DNA of 63,014 nt, the filler included, from Asterionella formosa (lineage: Eukaryota), in NCBI GenBank assembly GCA_002256025.1. It is 13 parts of 13 records of this genome, joined end to end, with 100 filler letters (N's around TTAATTAATTAA, not from the genome) between each part and the next. Parts side by side here need not be neighbours in the genome. Positions count along the whole stretch, not along the records: positions 1 to 23,144 come from NKIB01002527.1; 12 more parts are not named here. The stretch is one strand, 5' to 3'. This document shows positions 1 to 11,944 of the stretch, piece by piece. How positions within the stretch are numbered: the stretch's first letter is position 1; each line of letters starts with the position of its first letter. The notes under the pieces were generated by a model that was not told the origin of the DNA, made no database searches, and was given only the letters and a program-made list of their open reading frames with translations. The translations under genes and the position numbers were made by a program.

Positions 1-370
1 TAGCTTTGTCTACTCTTATTAGGCAATTTCTACTAGTCTAGTACAAATTACCGTACTGCTCTATACTTTTGTCCCGCGTGTACAAGCGTGAGGATTGAAG
101 ACAATGCATGTGAATTCCCATGAATTCCCCGGTGTGCTGAAAAGCACGGGAAATTTTCATTATACACTATGTTAATTGAGGAAGTCACAATGGCGCCATT
201 CTAACGCAATTGTGCTTTCTCGTTTGCCCCGTTGGTTGGAGATCACACCGACGAACCGTAAGAACTGACACATGATTTTTTCCAACAACAGTTAGCAGAG
301 AGCAGCAATACTACTTGCTCATTTTCTTTTTGGTGCAATCGTTGTGCTGACTGTCGTTACAATCATCATC

Positions 371-1582
371 ATGGCACCGCTGACGATTCAACAAGCAGTG
401 GCAGAAGGTGCGACCACCGCAACCGGTGTCATTGCTATTGTGACAAACCTGTCATTTCATCCCAATAATCGAGCACACGTGCTAATTATGGATGAATCGT
501 GTGCTCCTCGAAACGCACGCATTACCCTCTATGGAAATGATTGCAAAGGCATCGCTAATAGTGTACAAAGCGGGGACGTGGTGCGCTTCAATGGATTATG
601 CCTGGTCAGCTCGAGCACACGAGACCTCGATGTACAACACAACTTTAAACGAGCATCAATTTGTGAGACGGATCAACCCACATGGGAACGAATGTCAGAG
701 AAAGGATGCTGCATGGTAACAGACCGCGTCAATGACGAAGAGGTTAACTCGTCTAGAGTTAAAGAACTATTGCTGTGGTACAATCAGAGGAAGAATTTGC
801 CGGTGCAATCTCTCCCGTGTCGACGTCGTCGACTACATGAAATTCAAGCTGTAGGCCTTATAAGTCATGTGCAGGTCCGAGTGATTGCTGTCGAAGCAGC
901 GAGTGTCCGCCATCAACGGACAAAAATCAGGAAATGCCTTATGCCAACGGCAAGTATTGCTACGCTATTAGATGATGATGGAGATGTAGCCTCACTGGTG
1001 GATTGTCAAGGATTTCAAGTAGCATTGATCAATGCATTGAAAGCTAGACAGAGGGTGCAAATTTCATCTGTTCGAAGTATTCAACCTGATGAAGGTGATT
1101 CATCCGTGTTACTGGCTCCAACTTATTTCACAACGATTGTCAACTGTCCATCAGAAAAGAAATGGAAGGCTCGAATCATTCAAACACAAGAATTTTCCAC
1201 GCTGCATTCGCCACCGGTCATCAGGACCTTTAGTGCCACTGTAGAAAGCATTTGGATCCCAGATCTCAACACTTATTTAGAACGAAAACACTTTCTTTCG
1301 CCAAACGCATTCGCTGCAATTCTTGTTAATCAAGAGACGCTGACCTTTCGGTCAGTAATGCTCACGTTAAAAGAAACGAGAGTGTGGGCAAGTTCAGATG
1401 TTGTCAAGCTTGTTTGTGGAAGTGTTGAAGCCAAAGATGTTTTGTTGCACTTCACGACCCGTCGCAATGTCTTGGAGTTGATTCAAGGATTATTGGAAGA
1501 GGATATTGAGCTCCTTTGGACAGTGGAGAAGAATGCTGGTGAGGAATATCACGTGACAAATGTATTGATGAAAAAACTGTAA
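371..1582 (+). CDS. Multi-OB-fold ssDNA-binding protein, POT1/SHLD2-like
   Basis: Long intronless ORF with first ATG at 371. OB1-like pattern 'IAIVTNL..VLIMDES..ITLYG..VQSGDVVRFNGL', then 'VKELLLWY..LHEIQAVGLISHVQVRVIAV', resembling the OB1-OB2 junction of POT1/SHLD2 proteins. Confidence 0.55.
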   Translation: MAPLTIQQAVAEGATTATGVIAIVTNLSFHPNNRAHVLIMDESCAPRNARITLYGNDCKGIANSVQSGDVVRFNGLCLVSSSTRDLDVQHNFKRASICETDQPTWERMSEKGCCMVTDRVNDEEVNSSRVKELLLWYNQRKNLPVQSLPCRRRRLHEIQAVGLISHVQVRVIAVEAASVRHQRTKIRKCLMPTASIATLLDDDGDVASLVDCQGFQVALINALKARQRVQISSVRSIQPDEGDSSVLLAPTYFTTIVNCPSEKKWKARIIQTQEFSTLHSPPVIRTFSATVESIWIPDLNTYLERKHFLSPNAFAAILVNQETLTFRSVMLTLKETRVWASSDVVKLVCGSVEAKDVLLHFTTRRNVLELIQGLLEEDIELLWTVEKNAGEEYHVTNVLMKKL

Positions 1583-3596
1583 TGCATGCCTTTGGGGGCA
1601 TTAATGTGTAGCTGATCAACTTACTTGAGATTATGTAATACAACGAAGAAATGACATGCTGATTCCTCTTGCCTCCCTTACTGGATCATTGAGGAGTACA
1701 ACCATAGGAGATTATGTTTGTTTATTAGTACCCTTGTATTCCTCTAGCCCTAGAGTTCCATTGCTTTGAATTGTTCTTAGTTGCTGTGTGTTCCGACGGA
1801 GTTAGAAGTGAAGTGACCTCTGTATGAAGATGTCATCATTGAGGCACCACCTCAACAAGTTTGGTCCAGAAGTAGTAAGTTCTTGATGAGTTTGTTGGAT
1901 CATTATGTCTAGATATAAAGCTAGCAAAAGGTCCAAGGAAACACAACCAAAAATGGTACAGTCATTGGTTGCATGATATCAAGATTTAGCATGGCAGCCA
2001 TGTTTTGTAGTTCAGTCCCAATAATCAATCTTGATAATGTTAGGTTAAAATGACATTTAGTTTTAACAGCATTTTTGACCAAGGGCAATATTATTGACCA
2101 GAGAACCCTAAGGTGAATGTTCAAAAGAAGCATGATCTAGGCAATCAATATTCCCTGATGGACAGATATATATATGCAATGCAGATGGCATATGATAATT
2201 GCTCAAGTACTACGTAAGTGGGTTTGAATTGCCACTTTAGAGATGAATATCTAACTCAAGCAACCATGAAGGTCTATGCATAAATTTGGGTAGGGAAAAC
2301 CAAATGAGTCAGTCTCCTACTGACCAATACTGGATAGGTAAAATACTAACCTCACAATAAGAAGCCTTTAATAATATCACATTGGGCCTCTCTAGAACGA
2401 GCTAGCATTGCGGTCAGACTGCAGGAGAAATCACACCCATGATTATTTTGTAGCACTAGATCCTGCACCTTTGTGCACTGTCGCCCATCAGTTATAGAAG
2501 GGGATAGTTCCTGAATGTCTGGTTTGAAGTACCGGTATTGTTTATGCCTGTGCTCATCAATGGGACATACTAAAAAGAGGACAATTTGGAGCATTCGAAT
2601 GACCGCTTAGTACGGAGAAATAGAGTTCTCCTTGCACATTACTTTGATTGAACGAGAAATAGAATTCCTTTAGACCGAACATTTGAGAGACGGTCATTGG
2701 GATGCCCTGCACAGGTTGGGATGGTTATTATGTGTGCGAAAAGATTGAGAATTCCGCTCACTTTGATTCAACGGAGAAATTGAGTTGTGCCAGTTTGAAC
2801 CCGACAGGGTACTGGGATGCCATTTGTACACGTTTGGACAGATATCCCAGTTTTTATAATAGTAGTGTCAGGTTGGTACAGATTGTTTTGTTACCAAATT
2901 CCAATCGGCATTGAATGTCATTCTTCACCACCCATTTAATATTAAGTATGGTTGTAACAATTTAACTTCAACATAAGTTCTGGATCATTTATAGGAAACG
3001 ACAACGACATTACATATGTCGTTTGGAAGTAAATAGGCTGTAACTGAGAAAACCCTTCGTATGATACAAAATGGAAGCCCTGTCAGGTTTTTTTTAAGTA
3101 CCTGGTACCTTGATTGTATCCCTGATACTGTCCTTGATGCTTTGTTGGGAAATGTCTCGTTTAAATCTCAATGCTTGACACATAGTAGAGTATGTACAGT
3201 GTACCAAATTGAGTGTGATGGGCATTCCCTCCACAAATCCAATCCTGAGCGAAGTCGTGATAACCAATCAAATAAAGTGTCGTAGCTGGGCATCTGTACC
3301 TTATGACTTACGATTGAATGTGACATCGTTCGTAGAGTTAATTATGTCTCCTTGAAGTTTGTATACAATATTGAAATTGTTCTGTCACATGGTTCAGTCA
3401 TTACCGTTTCTTTTGAGATGCTTGAACTACAACATCGGAAATTGTACGCATCTATCGTTCGTAAATGCGACGACAAAATAGAGCAAACGAAATCACTCGA
3501 TTTCAAGAGCACACAAAACGCTAACATTACAACTCGTTTCTATTGTCGTTTGACAGGCAGAATATTTCCTTCGCCTTTTCCCCAACTTCCATCACA

Positions 3597-4496
3597 ATGA
3601 ATACTCTCATGAACGCTGAAAGTCCCTTTACTTCTCAGTTTACTCAGAATTCAATGAATGCAGCCAGTAACAGCGCAAAATTTCCAGTAGATGTTGTTCT
3701 TGACGATGACGAAGGCGACGAGAACGCGAAGATTTTCCCTCAGCGCCTGATGGAGATTCTGACTAACCCCAGCAATCAGGATGCTATCTCTTGGTTGCCT
3801 CATGGAAAGGCTTTCATAATTGTCAACCGGCAAAAATTTGCTGAAAACGTCCTTCCTCACTACTTTCGCAAGTCCAAGTACACCAGTTTCACACGAAAGC
3901 TGAATCGCTGGAACTTCATCCGTGTTACCAGAGGACCTGAATTGGGAGCGTACTACCACGAATTCTTCCAGCGAGGTAGCGAGGCTATGTGCACGCAAAT
4001 GTACTGCAAGAATGAGCGCGCAAAATTTGCCGTAACTGGTAGAGAAGGCAAGAGAGTTACCGATGTTGTTGCCAGTGATGTGGTTTCTCCTCCTGTCGAA
4101 GCCCAGAAAGACCCTCGGTCTTCTACTGTTCAGGTTAACGAACCTGTTCACCATTTGTCTGCCGCCGAGCTCATGCATGTTAACAACATGATGACCAAGT
4201 CACTCATGCCAACCATGGACCCTTCTGCTCAAAGCAGAATGCTCTTGCATGGTGGAATCCAAATGAGAACGCAAGATCCGATGATCAAGTCGATCATGGA
4301 ATCGGCAATAATGGCCCTTCACCAGAGTAACTGTAACAGCTCTGCTCAGCAGCTTCTTATGCAGCAATCGTCTCAAGGTTCAGCTTGTGCTGCATTCCTT
4401 CGTATGCAGCATTTTGCTGTTATGCAGCAGCAGCAACAACAGCAGGCATCAAGCCAACAACGACCGCTTACATTCCACAGGGCATCTGCAGCATAA
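3597..4496 (+). CDS. Heat shock transcription factor (HSF DNA-binding domain, Q-rich C-terminus)
   Basis: FPQRLMEIL..AISWLPHGKAFII..YFRKSKYTSFTRKLNRWNF..YYHEFFQRG is the HSF DNA-binding domain. ATG at 3597. Confidence 0.95.
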   Translation: MNTLMNAESPFTSQFTQNSMNAASNSAKFPVDVVLDDDEGDENAKIFPQRLMEILTNPSNQDAISWLPHGKAFIIVNRQKFAENVLPHYFRKSKYTSFTRKLNRWNFIRVTRGPELGAYYHEFFQRGSEAMCTQMYCKNERAKFAVTGREGKRVTDVVASDVVSPPVEAQKDPRSSTVQVNEPVHHLSAAELMHVNNMMTKSLMPTMDPSAQSRMLLHGGIQMRTQDPMIKSIMESAIMALHQSNCNSSAQQLLMQQSSQGSACAAFLRMQHFAVMQQQQQQQASSQQRPLTFHRASAA

Positions 4497-5036
4497 GAAA
4501 AATTGATCTTGGTCGATGTTTACAAATGTTGGGTTGTATCAGGGGATATTTTGCTTTGTGTAAATAAGAAATACGTACCACACATCTTATCATGAATCAT
4601 CGTCTTGCGCATGAATAAATATAAGAACTCGTACCTGTAGATAGCTATACGTAATAAACCTCAAGGTGTACTTTCAGAGGACTGCTGATTGCTATACCGG
4701 AAGTACCAGAAAGTGCCCTACTTACGAGACGATGACCCATGTTGTGACTTATCCTTAAGCGAATTTCAAAATGAGAACTTCGGTGCCTTTAATACCAACT
4801 CTGATTCCATTGATGTGAAGCGGGGACAATTGCGGTGGTTTTTTAGTGACAACATGGCTCTACATCTTGGTTCAAAAATACTTAACAGTTTATAGAAAGC
4901 TTTGACTTTATCCAGCTATAATATCTCCTCTGCATGACTACAAGATCACACAAAGGACAAGTAGATAATACTACGATGGAAGCTCAGTTTCTCGAGGCAA
5001 AATCTGCAGTGGTAATCGATGCCCATGGACTCCTTC

Positions 5037-5975
5037 CTAAAACATTCCAAAGCGCTTTTTGCTTGGTCCCATCACCGCAAGAGCGTTGAGAAGAGAGCTT
5101 TGGACCCTTTCTCCAAAAGCTTTCGCATAGCCTGGTCGTGAACAGGCCGCTGTCATGAATTTGACAATGTTCGGCCACCTGGACAGGTCAACTCCAGGAA
5201 AAAATTGCAAAACGTAAAGCAAGTACGACGCCACTGCAACGTCAGCAACACTGAACTCGCCTTCAACGAGAAAGTCTGTGTCTGCTAGAATGTTGTTTAG
5301 CGTGTCAATGCGACGATTTGGCTTCTTCAATCCAGTGTCGTATCTTTTCGTTTGGAGTATAGAAGGTTTCAATAGAGTAATATCAAGTGAGCAAGAGGTA
5401 GATTCGCGACGAAACATCCTGTAATGCTTCAACCCAAAAAGCAACTAAGCAACTAAGCGACTTACACCTTGCCTTCTGGGGTTTCTAGAAAGCAAATAGG
5501 GTCTAAGCTGGCGTTTGCCCACGCGACCCAGGAGACAATGGCAGCCCGTTGCTTATCTGTCAAACTCTTGGTGGAAATCGAGTTCAGATAGATCAGAATA
5601 GCCCCAGATTCAAAAACAACAACATCATTGCCGTCTTTAAGGCAAGGAATCTGACGAAATGGGTGGGGGTTTTCCGTTAAGTCGCCCATAGTGATTTCAA
5701 GACCTAACTCATAAGCTGCCCAGTTGACAAGGGGAGAACTGAAAGAACGTACATGATATTAGATAGACGCAGCAGGAGGGAAAGAACAGAGAAGAATATT
5801 CTGGTGATCATTTTCATGTTACCTACCGAGATCCTTGGGATCCGTAGAGAGTGAGCCCCATAGCAAGATCACTACTGATCTTGTTCGCTACATTCCAACG
5901 GGGAACCACAAAAGCAGTCGATACCGAAATTGAAAGTATCAACGAACAGACATGAAAGCCTTTTGGAAAAATCAT
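5037..5975 (-). CDS. Glutathione S-transferase with bipartite plastid-targeting presequence; 3 exons (5975-5827, 5738-5466, 5343-5037)
   Basis: Splicing at GT-AG introns gives MIFPKGFHVCSLILSISVSTA-FVVPRW..MGLTLYGSQGSRSPLVNWAAYEL..HPFRQIPCL..VFESGAILIYL..EFSVADVAV. GST N- and C-terminal motifs are present and the frame is kept across both introns. Confidence 0.9.
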
Positions 5976-8585
5976 GTTTGAATAGGTCTTCGGTTCGTTG
6001 GTAGAAATAATAGCTTCGACAGTGAATTTGGGTCAACGAGAAAGCAAAACGTGATGACCTGCTTCTCTTTGCTGACGACAAAAACGGCGAGAAATTGATT
6101 CACAGTCGTCATCACATCCATCAGCCATCATCAGCATTTAGTCCATGATTTTTTCACAAGAATATCAAGTTTTTGCAGACGTTTTATGTATCACCATATT
6201 TTTGTATAAATACAAAAAATGAAATACCGGTAATACATGTCGTACTAAAACACTTGCCAGCCTGATCAGATGGCCTGGCTACCAAATTTCACAACAATGA
6301 TTCAATTTGACTCAATTTACTTTAAGGAAACCCGAGATCTGGCTTGCTTTTCAATGCACTACCTGATACCAAAAGTACCTACTGTAAAACCTGCATTTTG
6401 CGGTAAATTTGCTATATCTAGTTCCGCACGTGCTACAAGCTAAGCAGGATGGAAACAGTGGATACTGCCTGGGGAGCTTGAAGGAAAGGCAATGCAAGAT
6501 TACCTGTGCAGTACGCCAAGAGAGGCAGTGCAGACTCCACAGATGGTGGGAACACATCTATCTGGCAGAATTGTGGTATTGTACTACAAGGTATATATGC
6601 ACCACAATTCCTTGTTTTTCTGAATAGCGGTTTGAACTGGTGTTGTTGATTGTTGATAGTCATCCGGAGCCATCAGGCTGGTTGCTGACAGTCAGCAATT
6701 GAGCAGAGAATAAATTTTTAACTTGCCTGGCAAATGGAATCCTTTTGGTGTGTAACATTGTCTTCGATGCCAACATTCCCACTGCTACTACAGTCGGTGC
6801 CAATTCCACCACTGCACACCATGGTACAACCCCTTTGCTCAGTCCAGCATTCCTTGCAAACCCAGTACCAGAGTACTGGTAAATCAATTGCCTGCCGTAG
6901 TGACGTAGGCAGCATGTACAAATGAATTAAGGATTTTGTTCGTTGTTTAGTTTCAGCAAAATTTTGCTTAAAGTACCGGTACGTTTGGTTAAAGTAGAGT
7001 CCATTTGCTTAAACTAACATAGTCCCTAAATATTTTAATTCCAAAATTGCAATTTGTCAGAACCTGTTTGGTCCCTAATTATCTGAATTTATCAAATTTT
7101 TTCCAGTCGTCTTTATAGGGTCTGCGGGAGCAAGCCGTTAGAAGCTTCATACTTTGATTTCTTAATGACTGCCGAGTCGGAAAATATTTGTCGGTTTTGG
7201 GAATGAGTACACAAAGGAGCAAAATTACCGCAACTTTCTGGTGTCCTGAACCCCTCAATGTACACAGCCATAATTGATTTTGGGACCTTTTTTGAACTTG
7301 CCAGCCATCGTCGTTGTGCATCAAAAAGATGAACAACCATGCATCATGTGAGTCATAGATTAGATGTATTAATAATTCAAGACCTAGCATTCACTCATTT
7401 CCTGCCTGCTACATCAGTTTTGTAGCAATTCCTGCTCCAGGTACGCATCATCTTGCCATTCATGTACTTCTAAGTAATTTTGACGCTATAAGTTTAAGTC
7501 ATTTTTAGTTAGCAGATTTTAGCATGACATTCAAAATCATGATGGTAATATATATAAATACAGATATTGAGCTGGTGATGGAAAAATGAGCATCAAACAC
7601 ATGAGGATGATTGTAACATATGATGTCAATAAAAATAGAAAAATGATGATAGAAGCAACCAAAGTATGATATACAATGTAATAAGTAGCATCACACAAGA
7701 AATTCAAAAGATTTGTTTTAGAAATGAAGGAAAAAATATCAGTTTCTGAGGAGATGTATGCATGGTAGGATTTACACAATAGGCAGTATTGACTTTCCAT
7801 CACACAATTGAAGGAAATAATACAGAAAAACTAAAAACCTGAACCCAATTGAGTTAGTACATGATCTGGTCATTGGAAACATGCATATAGCTGTAGCCTG
7901 ATAGTAGATTACACTTGACAGAATTCCTTCTGTCCAATGTTCAAACTGAACAACCCTGTACATTCCATTCTGTGTGAGATTGCCAGGCTGCCCTCTATCA
8001 ACTCCTTCTCCCTCAATTGAATCAACAATTATTGATGAATGTCAAAAAGTAGCATGCAAAACAAATTCTGAGTAGAAAGATTACAAACTGAGTAAGTACA
8101 AGAAAAGCTCTGCTTGGCGGCAATATTGACATCATCAACAACCACTCAACAAATTAAAGAAGAGGTTCTGCAATGATAATTTCAAAGATTAGGCACTGAT
8201 ATATTCATCAGTTTTAACACTGATAGTATGGAACAACAAAATGACAAAAACAATCAAAATGGAAAATAGGTGCAATCAAATTGCAAATCAGTCTAATAGC
8301 AAGCCCTCAGTACTCATAACATGTAGGGTTGCCATACCAATTATTTGGTGCATATCTGATAGGTATTTATTTATGCATCACTTAATTCCCAATTTGGCTT
8401 GCTGGGTGTATGTTCTAACTTTGATGTTTGCAGCACCTTCAACTGGTTTCATGCCCCTTTTCTGAAATGATCCTTATATTCAAAGTGGCCTACAAAATTC
8501 ATGCAAGAGAATTATCCCAGTTACAGCGAATCTAAATGTCCAATGTCCAATGCAAGGTTGATTGTTCAAGGAATGTAGTCACTGT

Positions 8586-10139
8586 TCACTTTTCAAATGT
8601 TTTAAACTTGATTTGAATTCTTTTGGATACCATTGGCTTGGATGTCCGCCGACTTCGAGTAGTCGACTTTGGATGATCATCAAATCGCCGAGGAAAATTG
8701 GATAACCCCTCGAGGGAGGCCGTTTTTGGTCGCAACAGTCCATTTTCCACGGCATGGTTTGAGCATTCCTTGTTCAGCTTGGCAAAGGATGACAATACGG
8801 AAGTAACTCTAGATTTCAAAGCCCACAATCGCCGCAAAAGATTACCTTTGCTCCTGACAGCATTGGTTGAAATAGTAACTAAAGCCGTTTGACCTGGGGC
8901 TTGAATCAGATTGTCAGCATTTGTCAGTGCATTAACCCACGACGATAAACGTGGCATGTGTCGTGTTGATAAGGAATGAATGACTTTGGAAAGGTTGATC
9001 TTTTGCCCCTCGGTGCCTTGATCCCATTGATGAGGTTGAAATTGCGATTGCTGTTGGAGGTTTATTTCCAAATCTCCCCCTAGCAACTCTCCAGTTGATT
9101 GCATAATTTCCAAGGTCCGCTCAACTGCTGCTTCGTGAGCTCCAGCAGCCACCTCTTCGTCACCTTCCTCCCAGTTTACATCTTCATCTTCGCTTCCCTC
9201 ATCGTCGTCACCAGTATATTCATTCGATCTGTCTCTATTCTGTGACACACTAGATGTGGTAACTTCGCCGATTCTTGGCATCAACACGTCCATACATGAA
9301 TGAGCTTTTTGAATGAGTCTTTCGCAAATCTCAATCTCTTTTTCGCCATGGAGCATTGCAAAATCTCGAACATGGCGCCATCCCGACAAAGAAGAATCTA
9401 TGTTCTCGAAACCCTCGCTTGTTCCACGAGGACATCTTTGCCGGAGAAATCGAAGTCCCACACGTATCTGAGGATCAGGAATGGTGGTCACCAAGCGAGA
9501 CAACAATAACTGAGCTTCACTTTGCCACAACTGAATATGGCCAGAATGCTGTTCTAAGAATTTTCCTTCGACCACCCAATTTACCCATTTGAGTATATAA
9601 TTTTCCTTCCAGTAGCTTCGACACTCCTCGTTCGTTTCCAAAAGATGCGATGCAATGTAAAGCGAGGCTCGGCGGACTGGAACGATTGCATGCTGTTGCA
9701 AGTTCCAGACATGCAAGAAACTAGCCATATGAATTGATGGGTCAGCTTTCTGCATTACTTGATCCCCTTTATGAACATATTTTCTATTTCCAGATCTGCT
9801 TTGCAGCGCGCTCTCCCATGCCGTTATCGCTACCTTCATGCGCAGCACGCGGCGCTTCTGCTTCTCGTCTCTGACTTCTGTCGCTGCATGAAACCGATTC
9901 AGAACGTTATCTAATGCGTTTCCAGTTGTACGGCTAGCCCTTGAAGTGCAGCCTGGATCACACTCGCCCTCCTCATGATTGTTCGACAAAACAGTCAATA
10001 CGTTCTGCATGGCCTTGGTAGTTTCAACAATGGCGACCGTTAGAAACGGAGCCAAATCGTTTGGAACTCCAAGAATATCAGACGGTACATCATTCCGTGA
10101 TCGCTTGCGACTATCACTTGTTTGTATCTTGAATGACAT
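8586..10139 (-). CDS. UVSSA-like (UV-stimulated scaffold protein A) helical protein
   Basis: 517-aa ORF. VHS-like 'VRRASLYIASHLLETNEECR', then 'EIEICERLIQKAHSCMDVLMP', an acidic linker and 'LSTRHMPRLSSWVNALT'. These resemble UVSSA conserved blocks in the same order. Confidence 0.6.
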   Translation of the reverse strand: MSFKIQTSDSRKRSRNDVPSDILGVPNDLAPFLTVAIVETTKAMQNVLTVLSNNHEEGECDPGCTSRASRTTGNALDNVLNRFHAATEVRDEKQKRRVLRMKVAITAWESALQSRSGNRKYVHKGDQVMQKADPSIHMASFLHVWNLQQHAIVPVRRASLYIASHLLETNEECRSYWKENYILKWVNWVVEGKFLEQHSGHIQLWQSEAQLLLSRLVTTIPDPQIRVGLRFLRQRCPRGTSEGFENIDSSLSGWRHVRDFAMLHGEKEIEICERLIQKAHSCMDVLMPRIGEVTTSSVSQNRDRSNEYTGDDDEGSEDEDVNWEEGDEEVAAGAHEAAVERTLEIMQSTGELLGGDLEINLQQQSQFQPHQWDQGTEGQKINLSKVIHSLSTRHMPRLSSWVNALTNADNLIQAPGQTALVTISTNAVRSKGNLLRRLWALKSRVTSVLSSFAKLNKECSNHAVENGLLRPKTASLEGLSNFPRRFDDHPKSTTRSRRTSKPMVSKRIQIKFKTFEK

Positions 10140-10714
10140 CTTAGCATAGAATAATCGACAATCGGCTTCCTCCAGTCAGGTAAGTTCAGGAAGTCAGTGC
10201 TGGGGCAACTGTCTACCGACTATAATAATCGAGAAAGAAACTGATGCTCGTTCGTTCTTTTTCTACTACCAGTAGAGACTGCAACAATGTACATACAGTG
10301 TACAAGGAACCAGTACACACAAAAGTATAACATTCGTTCAACAGCTGCCCAAAACAACAGACTATCGTTCAGCTTCTTGCTGCCGTTTGCTAATCCTCGA
10401 ACATACCGGGTAGCTACAGCAGCCAAGCGGAGCGAATTTATTTTCTTGTTTTGACCGGCCTTCAAACAAATCATACCGGTACTCAACTCACGACTTCTGT
10501 ATAAAGAGTATTTCTGGTACGTATACCGTGTATCTACTTGCGGGTAAAAGACGGTTCTGACTGTTCTGACTGCTCTGACTATGATTAGAAAAAAATACTA
10601 CCAGGTACCAGGTACCAGGTACCACGGTTGTGTCTTATCCTCGGCAATGAATATATCAATGAGTGTATCGAAATATCAGGAATCCAATCTATCAGATATG
10701 TGCAGAGCTTGATC

Positions 10715-10845
10715 GTCAGATCGAGCACCTGTCACAACAAGATTTCAAAGGTTGATACCGGTAGTCAGATCGAGCACCTAGTATCACAACAAGATTTCAA
10801 AGCTTGGTCGTCAGATCGAGCACCTATCACAGCAAGATTTCAACG
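10715..10845 (+). repeat. Minisatellite, 3 copies of a ~45-50-bp unit
   Basis: GTCAGATCGAGCACCT..TCACA(A/G)CAAGATTTCAA occurs three times. Confidence 0.85.
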
Positions 10846-11248
10846 TGGCGCAATCATCAGACGGATCCTACTGCCCATGCACTCATCAGGTGCATGCTTG
10901 CAACAACACTATTCGAAGAGAAGCCCGGATTCGAGCATCGCCATGAATACTACATAGACTTATTCTCTGTTTGGCAATCATTAACAAAGATAACATTATG
11001 TTAATTCTACAAGTAACCAGCGTGGTGGCACAAGCAAATCGGAAAATAGGCTCAATGATGCGTTGGAAAGGCGACGGATGGTGCATTCTTAGTTGCAGCA
11101 TCACGAGACAATAAGATTTTCGCCCGAGACTACCAGTTGATCAAACACTTGGTTTCGAGCAGTAATTCACAGTTATGAAATTAGTTATACATTTCATGTT
11201 TTGACAATTTAGTTTGTCATATAGTTTCATGATTTGTGTGATGTCCCT

Positions 11249-11641
11249 CTACTTCATGAGTGTCGCTTCGAATTTCACTTGACCTCCTGCTAATACTGTG
11301 ATAGCTTCTCTTGGCAATCGATACGTGGAAGAACTATTCGGGCTATTGTCATCGATGAACTTGATTTCCACTTCCAACGATCGTCCGTTGGACAACTCAA
11401 AATATCTCATCAGTTCATGGTTCAATTGGAAGTCGAATTCGATTTGGGTATTGGTGATTGCTGGTTCCACAATGTATTTCTCCAGTACCTGTTTGCAACC
11501 AACGAGAGATGTGGAAATTCCAAACGCAACTGTCAGGAGAAACAGGGATCCTCGTGCGAGCCGGTGAGATCTTAAAGCTGGAGGATTTGAATGAGGAACG
11601 ACTTTGGCAGATACGGTGGCTAGTTCCTGAGCTTGAATCAT
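11249..11641 (-). CDS. Hypothetical small protein with one hydrophobic segment
   Basis: 130-aa ATG ORF with protein-like composition and TM-like SLFLLTVAFGISTSLVG. The true 5' end is uncertain. Confidence 0.35.
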   Translation of the reverse strand: MIQAQELATVSAKVVPHSNPPALRSHRLARGSLFLLTVAFGISTSLVGCKQVLEKYIVEPAITNTQIEFDFQLNHELMRYFELSNGRSLEVEIKFIDDNSPNSSSTYRLPREAITVLAGGQVKFEATLMK

Positions 11642-11944
11642 TGTTGGAGGATTGTGAAAGTCGGTAGTTCAATGGAATTGAGGGGAAAAGATCTGTCGTT
11701 CTTGAAAGAACTCTCTCCATATAACAAGTAGATGTTCTTTTTTGTAAACCGTTTCTTTGGATTGTGACCACAAATTTGTTTGCACAGAACATTCTGCACA
11801 GTGTTCGTTGCCGTTGGTATATTCTCAAATAAAGATTCCGTGTATCATGGCGGAGAAAAGGCACAACACACACCATCGAGGTCATCATAAGTAGACTACA
11901 ACAGCCTATCTCCTACATACTGCCAGTACTGTATAGTGTGTCAG

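Noticed and set aside
1700..2400. Possible LINE 3' remnant on the minus strand
   Set aside because: Only a vague residue pattern with many stops, too weak to call without a search.
10715..10845. CRISPR-like repeat-spacer pattern
   Set aside because: Only three copies, with short related spacers of ~10-15 bp, in a eukaryotic context with no cas genes. It is a minisatellite.
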